Shown: positions 23,361-34,812 of the stretch, one piece after another
Position numbering within the stretch: the first letter of the stretch is position 1
Layout of the letters: every line of letters begins with the position of its first letter
Assembly (NCBI RefSeq): GCF_001194135.2
Contig: NC_068986.1
Span: 68,548,486 to 68,612,475, forward strand
DNA: 63,990 nt
Direction: 5' to 3'
DNA from: Octopus bimaculoides
Lineage: Eukaryota
Program-made: the position numbers and the translations under genes
The notes under the pieces: generated by a model
What the model saw: the letters and a program-made list of their open reading frames with translations, nothing else
Databases searched by the model: none
What the model was told of the DNA's origin: nothing

Positions 23361-24880
23361 ATTATTATTATTATTATTATTATTAAGCATTTAATAAGAG
23401 CTAAAGAAGTTTAATGAATATTTAAAAGGATGTGTAGAGAAAGAGAGGTATGAGGAGATCTGTGAAGATTGGAGGAGATGTGGTGTAAAGTGAGAAACAG
23501 TTTGGGAGGGGTGAAGTGAAAAACAAATTGCAGGGACTAGAGAGGAGACAGCTGAGAGATGGAGAGGGCTATAGGCAGTAATGGTCAGAAAAGAGAGAGA
23601 GAGAGATGTTATTGTAATTTAGCTCCAGGTCAGATCTATGATCAAAAGATTTCTAGTCAATGATCATCCAGCCTTTTTGTATTTTTAGGAAGGCATTGTC
23701 CAGTGTGTTTCTTTTTTTCAAGATGGTAGTGTGTAAATTGAAGAAATTTGGTTGCTATTTCTAGCAGGTTGAGCAACCATACAGAGGCTCTCTCAGAAAT
23801 ATAGTATGGGGGGGGGGCTGGTTGATGGAAAAGAAAGAGCAGGATTGGTGGTAAGCAGGAGAGTAATCAGGAAGAGCTGATGAGGATAGTTAGTAATTGT
23901 GGACACGACAACGATGATGGTGGTGGTGACTATGTTAGTAATAATTAGTAGTCATAATGATAAGCTGTATTAGCAATGCTTTTAATAGCAGTGGCAGTGC
24001 AAATAGGGTGGGTGGGTGTAGTGATGATAATAAATGATAATGGCAGTGGTTGTTGTGAAAATGATAATTATGAGGGTGGCAGCAGTGGTAATGATGAATG
24101 CAAAGACTGTCATAGTGACGATAATGTATACAGACGACTATAGATAGTGGTAATTTGACTCTCAAATTTCTTATAATTCTGATGAGGAGAAAGAAGATAG
24201 CATACAACATCATCATCATTTGGTTGGCTGGTTTTTACAATGTAAACAGCTACCTATTTCCCCTCATAAAAGATTACTACTTTGAAGCTTATTTAGAATA
24301 GAAAACACATACAAAGCTGGATTACTGAGAAGATTAAACTATAATCTGCATCTAAGTAATCCTTACTTAATCAGTGCAAACAACCAAATCTCTGGCCTTG
24401 CAAAATGGTAAAAGCTATGATAAGTACTTGTATGTCTTGAAGGCATATTTTACTAAAAAAAAACTGACTTCAAGCAACATTTCTGAAGAGATGAAAACAT
24501 CAGGTTATATTGATAGCTATAACTACATGTAGTAGCAAATCTCTGCAAGTGTATGATTAAAATTAGATTAATGGTGTTGTAAAGCAAAAGAATAGACCCA
24601 CAGTTTTCCCCACTCTTGACTTATCTCTCTGTCTGATTACACAATCAGCAGTTACAGCTTGAACTGCAGATAGGGTGTCAACTTACTGGCAGAATGATTG
24701 ACATTTCATGCCTTATTTTAAATGCTGTGTTATATTTAAGGAAAAATGTCTGAGTCCCAAAGTCTACCAGGCCAGCTGGTTGTAAAAATGTTTATACATG
24801 TATATTTGGGCAAAAGCAGTGTGCAAATGATTTCTTTTTTTTACTTGATGTACAATGTCAATTACCTCTGTGGTTGCCTC

Positions 24881-24911
<31 letters not shown>

Positions 24912-26019
24912 CTGTCTGTCTGTCTGTCTTTCTGTGTGCGTGTGTGCATGTGATGGAGTATATATACACTATCACTGGATCTAAAGTTAACCAACTGACA
25001 TATTTCTTATTAGAAAAAGTGAAGTAATTGGTTAACAACATGGGATAAATGGAAAAATCCAACTGATTTACTTAAAATATGGTGAAGATTAGCTCTTGGT
25101 TGTTTATTCCTGCAGTTAGGAGATGTAGATCAAAAATGAAATTTTGTGAATGATAAGCAGAGAGTGTCATCCATCACAACCAAACTTAATTCTAGAGAGC
25201 CTCACATAAGCTAGCCACTGAGTGAATAATAGACCCTTTGGATTAGATTAACTACAAGAGACTAACAACTTATCCAGGTGTATATTTATCTTATGTGAAG
25301 AAAAGAGAAACCAAAGAACTCTTGAGGTTCATGAACAAATTGATTTAACTTCTCATTTCACAACACATTTTCATATTTCAGTTTTGGAGCAGAATGGCTG
25401 AATTATCTATCATTGTCATATCTCTCTATTGAAATTTCTCTGGGTGATCAGATGTTTTATTTTTCCAAGTGAACTTTTTTGTGGAGATAATTCTTTGAAC
25501 AATTTCATAAGTGTAGGTGTGACTTCCACACCTCATTGTTCGGGGTTCAATCCCACTGTGTGGCACTTTGAGCAAATGGCTTCTATTATAGCCTAGGGCC
25601 AACCAAAGCCTTGTGAGTGGACATGGTAGAGGGAAACTGAAAGAAGCCTGTCACACACACACACACATACATACATACATAAGACATACATATATATAGA
25701 CATCATCATCATCATCATCATTTAACGTCTGTCTTCCATGCATGCATGGCTAAGATGGTTGACAAGAGCCAGCCAGGTAGAAAACTACCCCAGTCTACAA
25801 TGTCTGTTTTGGTAAGGATTTTACAACTGGATGCCCTTCTTAATACCAACCATTTTGTATATATGTGCATGTGTGTATTTGTGTTTGTCTCCCCCTCCCC
25901 TACTGCCATTTGAAAACTGGTGCTGGTGTATTTACGTCCCTGTAACTTAATGGTTTGGCAATAAAGATAGAATAAGTACCAATAAACTTTGCTTGCGAAG
26001 ACCTATTGAGGCAAGTGAA

Positions 26020-26520
26020 ATCAAATCAAATTGCTGACATGGCCGATGACAGTACTGCCTGATTGGCACTCGTGCCAGTGGAATGTTAAAAGCACATCTG
26101 AGCATGATCATTGCCAGGACCATGGACTGGCTCTTGTGCCAGTGGCATGTGAAAAGCACCATTCGAGCATGATCATTGCCAGCGTTGCCTTACCAGCACA
26201 TATGCCAGTGGTACGTGAAAAACAAAATTCAAGCATGGTCGTTGCCAGTGCCGCCAGACTGGCTCCCATGCAGGTAGCACATAAAAAACACCTTTTGAGC
26301 GTGGTCGTTGCCAGAACCCCCTGACTGGCCCTCATGCCGGTGGCACATAGAAGTATCCACTACACTCTCAGAGTGGTTGGTGTTAGGAAGGGCATCCAGC
26401 TGTAGAAACTTTGCCAGATCAGATTGAGCCTGGTGCAGCCTTCTGGCTCACCAGTTCTCAGTCAAACCGTCCAATCCATGCCAGCATAGAAAGCAGTTGT
26501 TAAATGGCAATGGTGATGAT
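26020..26520 (+). mobile_element. Family C SINE with an internal tandem array of about 65 bp
   Basis: Four units begin (G/A)AGC(A/G)TG.TC.TTGCCAG at about 26100, 26165, 26231 and 26297, followed by the Nin core and RTE-like tail. Confidence 0.8.
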
Positions 26521-27636
26521 ACACACACACACACACACACAACCTAAATATATTCATATATATATATATATATATANNNNNNNNNNGTGTGTGTGTGTAT
26601 ACACAATCTAATGTTGTTGATCAACTAGGAGAAAACAACAAAATATTTACTATTGGCAGGACTCCATAGATTCAGTACAGTAAAATTTATTGATAATATT
26701 GATTTGACATTGACTTCCCATTTCACCTTTAATAGCATATTTAACCACTTCAATCTGATTGAACAACCCATTAAAGGTGAAAATTGAAGTCTTAGTTAAA
26801 TCAATATTATCAGTTATTTATCTATCTCCACACAACCAACTCCTTCACTTTTCTACTCTGTCCTGCTCTCTATTTCTCACAGACCTCAGACAATACTCTT
26901 TTCCTTCCCCTTTCCCTAGTGTCTTTCATGCCCCACATTCAGCAGTTACTACTCTGTTACTATCTACACTAACACCTGACAACTTCTAGTTTGTCCCTTT
27001 TATCACACTTTACCCTCTCATACCTCACCTACAGTCATCACTCTCTTTCATGTATTCTTCTTTCAGTCACAGCTACTCTTTAGTTTTGTCGATTACAAAG
27101 CAGCCTGACTAGTGCTGGTGCCACAGTAAAAGCATGCAGTTACAATCTGCGAAGTGACTGGTGATATGAAGGGCATTCAGCCATAGAAATCACGCCTAAA
27201 CTGAGACATTGAAGCATGATGTCCTTCAGCTTGTGGCCAGTTTCTGTCAACCTGTCCAATGGATGACAGCAATGAAAGGCAGGTGATGATGATGTGCGAG
27301 GAATGTATGTATGTGTAGGTAGGTGTATATTGTCAAGAAACATAGACATCAATGAAAAACTGTACAATAAATTTAAAGTTCTCTATAATAATTGCTCTGC
27401 AGTGAGTTACAAACACTTCCTTCTTGTTCTTGCCATTAGGAATGCAGTGAACAAGTAATTGGCTCATTGGAAACTTATAACCAATGGTGCTTATCATTCA
27501 TCATCTATAATATAAAATGAAAATAAAATAATTATAACACCTGACTCAGCTTCTCTTTTTTTTTTTTTTTTTNNNNNNNNNNNNNNNNNNNNNNNNNNNN
27601 NNNNNNNNNNNNNNNNNNNNNNNNNNNNNNNNNNNN

Positions 27637-27846
27637 ATGGGAGGATATACGAAAAAACAACAACAGACGAGGACAGGTGGTGTAAATAACAAAAGGATGT
27701 ATTAGTATGACGCTCGGGAATACGGAAAGTCTTTGACGTTTTGAGCTACGCTCTTCAACAGAAAGAATACGGAGACAAGGAGAAAAACACGGAGAAAAAA
27801 AATTGAATAGTGTTCAGTCAACGGTCAATCATAATAATGGCTGATC
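27637..27846 (-). mobile_element. Penelope-type non-autonomous repeat, copy 1 (abuts N gap)
   Basis: Reverse complement of about 54965-55169. Contains the hammerhead-like motif at 27730-27766. Confidence 0.6.
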
Positions 27847-27869
27847 ATAACATATATATATGTGTGTGT

Positions 27870-28035
27870 GTGTGTGTGTATGTTTACGTCCCTGTAACTT
27901 AGCAGTTCGGCAAAAGAGACCAATAGAATAAGTACTAGGCTTACAAAGAATAAGTCCTGGGGTCGATCTGCTCGACTAAAGGCGGTGTTCTAGCATGGCC
28001 GCAGTCAAATGACTGAAACAAGTAAAAAGGGTAAA
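27870..28035 (+). mobile_element. Family A SINE 3' half ending about 10 nt from the exon donor at 28051
   Basis: TTTACGTCCCTGTAACTTAGC...GACTGAAACAAGTAAAAAGG. Confidence 0.85.
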
Positions 28036-28050
28036 GAGTTAAAAACTTAC

Positions 28051-28114
28051 TTTTGTCATCTTCAATATCTTCTAATTTGACATCGTCCAATGGAATTATG
28101 TGCTGTTTATTGTA
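28051..28114 (-). CDS. PLEKHF2: Phafin exon, PH domain: YNKQHIIPLDDVKLEDIEDDK
   Basis: ttttcag|TAC AAT AAA CAG...GAC AAA A|gtaagt, 64 nt, phase 0 to 1. Matches YNKQHIIPLENV of Phafin2. Confidence 0.96.
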
Positions 28115-28232
28115 CTGAAAATTAACAAAATTAAAACTTTTCAGAAACTTTATCTAAAATTTCAGAAAACAAGATGTTATTTATGTTTCTTCACAACAAA
28201 CTTAAAAGGTACACTGTACACTATCAAGATAA

Positions 28233-28680
28233 GTTGTAAATCTAGTCGAGTTAACGGTTCCTCATGAAGATAATAAGGTAAATACCACCATAACCAATAT
28301 CCAAACTACAGTGGAGAAGGCTAGCCACTGGATTTGGTTAAAAAGAAACGATGAGCGATGGCTAGAGGAATATTGAGCTTTGTTTTTAATAACCAGTTGA
28401 TCTAGCAAGCGGGGCCTCATTGATGCCGTCGAGAAGTAGGCCCTGAAATGGCNNNNNNNNNNTAACCAGTTGATCTAGCAAGCGGGGCCTCATTGATGCC
28501 GTCGAGAAGTAGGCCCTGAAATGGCGCACATTCTCTCCTGATGACCCCATACACTTGCTGGCTTCCGGTATACGGAGTTCTCGACTGGTAGCACTTGCAG
28601 GTGTGAGTTGTTTGCAAAACATCTATAAAAGACCCTGCTCCACAGTTACACATTCTAGATTGTATGCAATAAAACATCCA
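28233..28680 (+). mobile_element. HERO-like (RLE-class) non-LTR retrotransposon 3' end with internal deletion
   Basis: 28233-28376 translates without stops to VVNLVELTVPHEDNKVNTTITNIQTTVEKASHWIWLKRNDERWLEEY*. ELTVP.E.N and (A)EKASHW.WLKR are motifs I recall from HERO RLE domains. A CpG-rich putative 3' UTR follows. Confidence 0.65.
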
Positions 28681-28889
28681 TTGATTGGTTAAAACCATCA
28701 TACAATTAACACAAATCTACTATCAAGCCCTTCCTTCTCTGTATCTACTAATAAATATTGAACAGCCTTTATACACTTATCTCTTCTTATTGTTATTGCA
28801 GCAGCAGAATTAGAAGAAATAGAAGACTGTTGGAAACAAAATATAGCTGAAATTTAATAAAATTAGTTTTAACAATAACATTGTAAAGG

Positions 28890-29256
28890 TATTGTTATAT
28901 TTGGGGATGGTCAAATTTTGTAAATTTTAGGTCTTCATTTCAGCTTCATTATTATCATTTTAGTTTCTTGTCAAAGCTCTTTCATCACACATCCTGTGGC
29001 CTCTTCAGTGGTTAGTTTTATCCCACATGTCTCCTCTTGTTCTGCATATTCCATTTCTAAAATCCATTTATTAAATAGAATAAGCAGGACAAGATGAGAC
29101 ACATGGGACAGAGAGTCACTGAAGAGGTCACAGGACATGTGACAAAAGAGCTTTGAAAAAGAAACTAAAATAACAATAATGAAGCTGAAGTAAAGACCAA
29201 ATGTATAGCATGCGTGTTTAATTGGCAAAATATGACCATCCTCAAATATAACAATA
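28890..29256. mobile_element. Foldback MITE with arms of about 160-180 bp
   Basis: Termini TATTGTTATATTTGGGGATGGTC and GACCATCCTCAAATATAACAATA. 28930-29050 is the reverse complement of 29075-29200 at roughly 80% identity. Confidence 0.8.
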
Positions 29257-29534
29257 TGCTTCAACACGTGATTTCACATCAAGAATCTTGCAAAACAAAT
29301 ACACAAACGTAATTGTAATAGATATTATAGAAAAAAATAAGAAAGGAAACAGTCAGCAGCTGGTAGCAGCACTTAAATATTCTTCCAAATTTCCAACACA
29401 CACACACACAGAGTATAAGTGATTCTTTCAGCAAACATTCCACCTCAAAATAGTTACTAATCAAACGATTCACTGGCAAAAGTTAAAATAAAAAAAACTA
29501 AAAAAAAATCTATGAACAAAATGTTATAACATAC

Positions 29535-29672
29535 CCTCTTCTTGCTGATTATTATGTTACCATATACAAGTATATCGTTAAAGAGGAAAAACTGCCGTGG
29601 TTTTGGTTTTTTACGACACATTTTCGTTAAAACACCTTCTCCTACGAGAACCCGACCAGGGCGTGTGAGTTT
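29535..29672 (-). CDS. PLEKHF2: Phafin exon, PH domain N-half: KLTRPGRVLVGEGVLTKMCRKKPKPRQFFLFNDILVYGNIIISKKR
   Basis: tttgtag|AAA CTC...AAG AGG|gtatgt, 138 nt, phase 0 to 0. Near-identical to the Phafin PH motif GRVLxGEGVLTKxCRKKPKxRQFFLFNDILVYGNI. Not listed in the ORF track. Confidence 0.97.
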
Positions 29673-30464
29673 CTACAAATAAATACATAGATAAATGGAT
29701 TAGCTACTAAAACATAAATCAAATAATGAAAGAAACAGAAGTGAAATATATGTTAAATGTGAAAACAGAACTCAGACTCATGTTAGTATTTGATATGATA
29801 GCATGTTGAACCAACAAGAGAGCTATGTGGTTCCTTGATCTGCTAGAAATTAGCAGTCAAATCTCTCTCACATCATACTCTACGCATCATCATCATCATC
29901 ATCATCATCAAATGTCCATTTTCCATGCTTGCATGGGTTGGACGGTTTGACTGGAGTTGGTAAGGCCAGGGGCTGCACCAGGCTCCATTGTCTATTCTGG
30001 CATGTTTTCTATGCCCTTCCTAATGCCAACCACTCCACAGAGTTTACTGGGTGCTTGTAATGTGACACCAGTGCCGGTAACAATTCTGTTGTAGCAGACA
30101 AATCATCTTGAGTACAGCAATGCACCAGATATCTCAGTCCTTGGTCATCTCTTTTATCCCTACTGTCTTACAAAATAGTAGACTTTGGGCTAATGTAGTC
30201 CAAGGAATACTGTTCCTGGAAAAAAAAATGCTGCTTCCATTAAAAAAAACAAAACAAAGGGATGCTTTAGTGCTTTTGTTCATAAGTTTGCTTCATCAGG
30301 GACATTTCGAGGCTAGACAATAGCAACAAGCTGGTATGAGAAGTGCAACTGATCATGTTATATCAGCATGGTCACTGAAACAGCCAAGCTAGCACAACGA
30401 CATCAACTTAGCCATGGATATTTGAAACTAGATATTTTTTTTTGTTTTGTCATCAAAGATGACA

Positions 30465-30810
30465 GGCACAGGTGTGGCTGTGTGGTAAGAAGTCTGCTTG
30501 GTTCCAGGTTCAGTCCTACAATGTGGCACCTTGGGTAAGTGTCATCTTTTATAGCCTCGGGCTGACCAATGCCCTGTGGGCAGATATGATAGATGGAAAC
30601 TGAAAGAAGCTTGTCATGTGTGTGTTTGTCCCTCACAACAGGAGTTGGTGTGTTTATGTACACATGACTTAGTGGTTTGGTAAAAGAGACTGCTAGAATA
30701 AGTACCAGACATTGAAAAATAAGTGCTGGTGTCAATTCATTTCACTAAAAATTCTTTAAGGCTGTGCCCCAGCATGGTTGCAGTCTAATGACTGAAACAT
30801 GTAAAAGATA
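30465..30810 (+). mobile_element. Family A SINE, older copy
   Basis: Head, CORE and tail motifs. Another copy lies on the minus strand at about 31440-31610. Confidence 0.78.
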
Positions 30811-32599
30811 AAAAAATATATGCATTATAAATTAATGACTCTCAGATACTGCCAGTCCACTGAAATAATAATAGGAAATCAAGTAACTGCATAGGGACTC
30901 CTTCATTTGCTTGTTGATAGTCAAGTGTCATGATCAGGGCATTTTTGCTTCATTATAATATATTCCAAAATGAAACAAAATGAATGATAACAAGCATGTA
31001 AATTCATGTGAATGTCTGTACAATACCTTGATAATTTTTTTTATTTATTGTTCTCAAAGAATATACTCTTTCTGATGGATATTTCTTTTAGATAAAGTTT
31101 GTGATGTAATTGACCAATATCTATTATGCCCGTGATGGTAGATATATCTGATATGTGTAGGCAAATATCACATATTTGAAGGAAAAACAATGATTTCCTT
31201 CTAAAATTTTATTGAACAATGATGAGCATCATTTTAACGTCCTCTTTTCCATGCTTGCATGGGTTGGATGGAGACAGATTTTCTATGGTCAGAGGCACTT
31301 CCTGCCACCAACTCTCCCCTGTTTCCAAACAAGGTAATATTTCCCCATGGCTGGATGTGCTTACACAGAACATTTGGAATGAGTGGTACTGTTTGAATGA
31401 CAGTGACAATCGTTTTACAACTGTCATAGAATGTCAAGAAAAGGACACAAACACACATACACAACAGGCTTCTCTTAGTTTCCATCTACCAAGGTTTGGC
31501 CCAAGGCTGTAGTAGAAGACACTTGCCCAAGGTACCATGCAATGGGACTGAATTCAGGACTATGTTGTTATGAAACAAACTTCTTACCACACAGCCACAC
31601 CAGCGCCTATTGCAAATAATTTGCAAATGTATTCTCCATAAATTATGATTTGAAATGACAGTTTATTTTTAGTCATGTCAAAAGGGCCCATGAAAAAAAA
31701 AGCTAACCTGTGATGCCGTGTAATGAAGAAACCAATGCTCTCTACTACTGGTAGAATATGACCCATGAATATTTCAGCTCATAGGTTAAATACGCATCAA
31801 ATCAACAAGCTGTGATTTTTCATTCATAGCTATAATATTGTGCAGCTGGAGGCCAATAATTTTCTGGGTAGAAATTCTATATTTTTTTGTGTTTTTTAAC
31901 AAAATTTCTGCACAGTTATTTTGGTTTCCTATTTCACCTGTGTGGGTGTTGCTGAATATGATATTGATTTCCAAAATAATCAATAACCAGATCATTTATT
32001 TCACACTTTATTCATCTCTGGTCTTAAATTCAATGACGATTATTACACTGTGAATTGTTTCCTGGAATTGATATTTCAAAACAAAGAAAAAAAAATTTGA
32101 CAAGAGTAATATTTGATAACTGCTAGATTCCCACCCACCATTTCAGCCACTGCTTAACTTGCAGATACACTAACAAAGAGAGTATGTTAGTACTTAACTC
32201 ATTCTCTTGATCTGCCTCTCCCTTTGCTTCTAAATAAACACTCATTTAAAAATTACTTCCCCAACCAGGTGGCGAAATAAAGATCAATACCAACTCCTAA
32301 TGCAACCAAGCCAAGATAATAGTATCTCTTGTGTTAAATCAATGATCAGAACACTATGGAGTAAACCAGATATAATTCCAAATGGTGATGCAAATGAATA
32401 TAGAGAGGAAAATCTATCAGTCTTATGTACTGTAAAGCAAAGTGAAGCCAAAATAAAAGAAATCTATTTACGCTCATATCCAGAAAGATTTCAGACATTT
32501 AAATGTAGTAGTTTGCAAATAATTTGTCGAGTTAGAAAGGAAAATCTATTAGAAAAGTGAATACATAGTATTATATCTATTTATAAAAATATATAAGGC

Positions 32600-33270
32600 T
32601 CAGACAAGGGACCGAGTCTTCTGGTGATTTGTTGTGCTTAAGAAGACACGTCAAGCTAAGTCCCCTGCATCCCTCTTCAGCTGAGCGTCCCTAGTCTTGT
32701 GGGCTAGTGAGTGCTGGTGTCACATAAAAAGCACCGGTGCTGGTGCCATGTAATAAGCACCCATGCCAGTGCTGCATAAGTGCACCCAGAGCACTCTGTA
32801 AAGTGGTTGGCATTAGGAAGGGTATCCATCCATAGAAACCATGCCAAAACATAGAGCTTGGGCAGCTCTTCAGCTGACCAGCTCCTGCCAAACTGTTCAA
32901 TCCATGCCAGCACAGAAAACAGATGTTAAATGATGATGAGATATTATGTGTACATATATATATGTGAAGGTGCATGGCCTAGTGGTAAGGATGCTGCATT
33001 CACTATTGCAAGATTGTGGCTTCAATTCCCAGACCAGGTAGTGTGTTGTGTTCTTGAGCTAAACACATCATTTCATATGGCTCCAGTTCAATCAACTGTA
33101 AATGGCTAACCATGAGACGGACTGGTATTCCATTCAGTGGGATATGTTGGTTTACATGCCTGTCCAGTAGAGAGCGGGGGAGGTCATCATTTGAAAGCTA
33201 AAACGATGCTAGGAAGTGCACTGTGATCAGTGGTGGATAACAACATCTGATAGTCTGGTCAATTCAGAGA
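32600..33270 (+). mobile_element. Family C SINE followed by a CORE/V-like SINE
   Basis: Nin core GGTTGGCATTAGGAAGGGTATCC at about 32805. The second element has a tRNA-like head GTGCATGGCCTAGTGG and a V-domain-like GACGGACTGGTATTCCATTCAG. Confidence 0.6.
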
Positions 33271-33329
33271 TATAGTATGAATATATGAGAGCTGTACTGA
33301 AAGTAATGAGAAGATGGGCAGGATATAGA

Positions 33330-33930
33330 TTTTTAATTGCATCTACTATCATAGGTGTACTGAGCTCTGTCACAACAGATCTGTATAAAAATCTAGAAAT
33401 TCTAGGTTCTCAAAACAAAGAACAAAGCAACCTATTGTGTGTTCACCAAATGCAATTGATTACAGGTACAGAGAAAATTTGTAAAGCATTCCAAGGAGTT
33501 GCCATTTGTGGTTCCTGAATGAAAACATGCACACAATCAACATGTGTGTGCGTGTGGAATACAAACATATGCATGCACACATACACACGCACAGAGAGGC
33601 AATAAATGAAGCATAAACAAGGATGTGCTGAAAAGACATATGAAGAACTCTGGAATCTCCCCAAACACCGGAGAGAAGAAGGCTCATTGGCAAGATGAAT
33701 GGCACTGATTGCTGAAGCTCATAATTCCAGCTGTTGATGTGAAACAACAGAGGGAATATAAAAGAAAACATGAGAGGTGTCATTTCTCCATTGTGTCAAG
33801 TAGCTTCAACTGCAGCATATGTCATCATTGCTGCAGATCATGAGCTGGCCTTGTAGCCCATATACGAGCCTACCAGAAATGATTACAGAACAAGAACAGT
33901 CAACATTGATGACCTATGATGGACAGCTGA
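33330..33930 (+). mobile_element. RTE/BovB-like LINE 3' relic
   Basis: Fragments LKNSGISPNT.E and SFNCSICHHCCRS*AGLVAHIRA resemble the BovB-type terminal C..C....C.SRIGL.SH.R motif. Confidence 0.55.
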
Positions 33931-34058
33931 AGAAGATAAAGTATATACATACTCATGTACTAATGTAATGTGCACATCCACTCCACAGGTGTAAAATTAT
34001 CCACACACACACAAACTAATTCAGCTAACCCCAAATTCTAGAAGCTGTCTTGACTAAA

Positions 34059-34275
34059 CTCTTTAGTATTCATGTTACACTGTCAAATATGTTTATGTAT
34101 TCACATTGTTTTGAATTAATTATGCATTATCTCATAGCTTCAAAATTTTAATGATGTAATTGCTTATTTTTAGAATAACATTGTAGAATAGGTGTGAGAG
34201 GTCAGATCTGGTCAGCTTCAACATAAAATAGGTAGAATATTTAGGCCAGATATGGCCTGTTTAAATGCTAAAGGG
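34059..34275. mobile_element. piggyBac-like MITE
   Basis: CTCTTTAGTATTCATGTTACACTG ... GGCCAGATATGGCCTGTTTAAATGCTAAAGGG|TTAA. Confidence 0.7.
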
Positions 34276-34747
34276 TTAATTAGCTAAAATGCCTTGCCAT
34301 TTTGTTATGCATAAATCTTGCAATGGTAAAAAAATTTCATTAAATCCCAAAGAAGAAAAGAAGAAAAAAGAAGGAAAGACAGGAAAAAAAAATAGACAGA
34401 AAAACACTTGCGCACATGCACACACCATTACATTTTTTTCAAAACTTATAATCTGAAATGCTGAAGAAGCAGAAATGATGCATTGTGCCTGATAAAATGT
34501 TGAAAATATTTTTCCAAATACATAGTGAGATAATAAGTATTGTGATAAGGAAAAATAAATGATTGCCATTATTGTTGGTGGTAACAGTAATAGAAAATAA
34601 TTTTTCACATCAAGTTGAACTAAACAATATTTTTTTTTTTTTTTTTTTTTTTAAAGATAAATTTTTTAAAAAATTCAGGGAAGAAAATGTAGCAATTACT
34701 TTAAAATGTAAAAAAATTTCTTTGAAGATGTAAAATATTTTACTCAC

Positions 34748-34812
34748 TTCCCCTGATGCACCAAAACATTGCTCTACGTATGCAATTCGCTTGTGATTGG
34801 AGTCACTGTTAA
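34748..34812 (-). CDS. PLEKHF2: Phafin-family (PH+FYVE) gene, first identified coding exon: (V)NSDSNHKRIAYVEQCFGASGE
   Basis: Minus strand reads ttttgcag|TT AAC AGT...GGG GAA|gtgagt, 65 nt, phase 1 to 0. The translation matches the Phafin2 N-terminus (NSEANTRRISIVENCFGAAGQ, recalled from human PLEKHF2). It needs an upstream exon supplying the ATG plus 1 nt. Confidence 0.92.

Noticed and set aside
28390-28525. Exact 63-bp direct repeat (28390-28452 and 28463-28525)
   Set aside because: The copies sit on either side of a 10-N gap, typical of unmerged overlapping contig ends.
28400-28560. Possible hammerhead in the HERO-like 3' UTR (GGGCCT/AGGCCC stem, TGAAA, CTGATGA)
   Set aside because: CUGAUGA and GAAA are not joined by a compatible stem II in any permutation.
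32300-32560. 86-aa plus-strand ORF MQPSQDNSISC...
   Set aside because: It has no recognisable domain or splice context and lies beside RTE-derived fragments, so it is probably chance.
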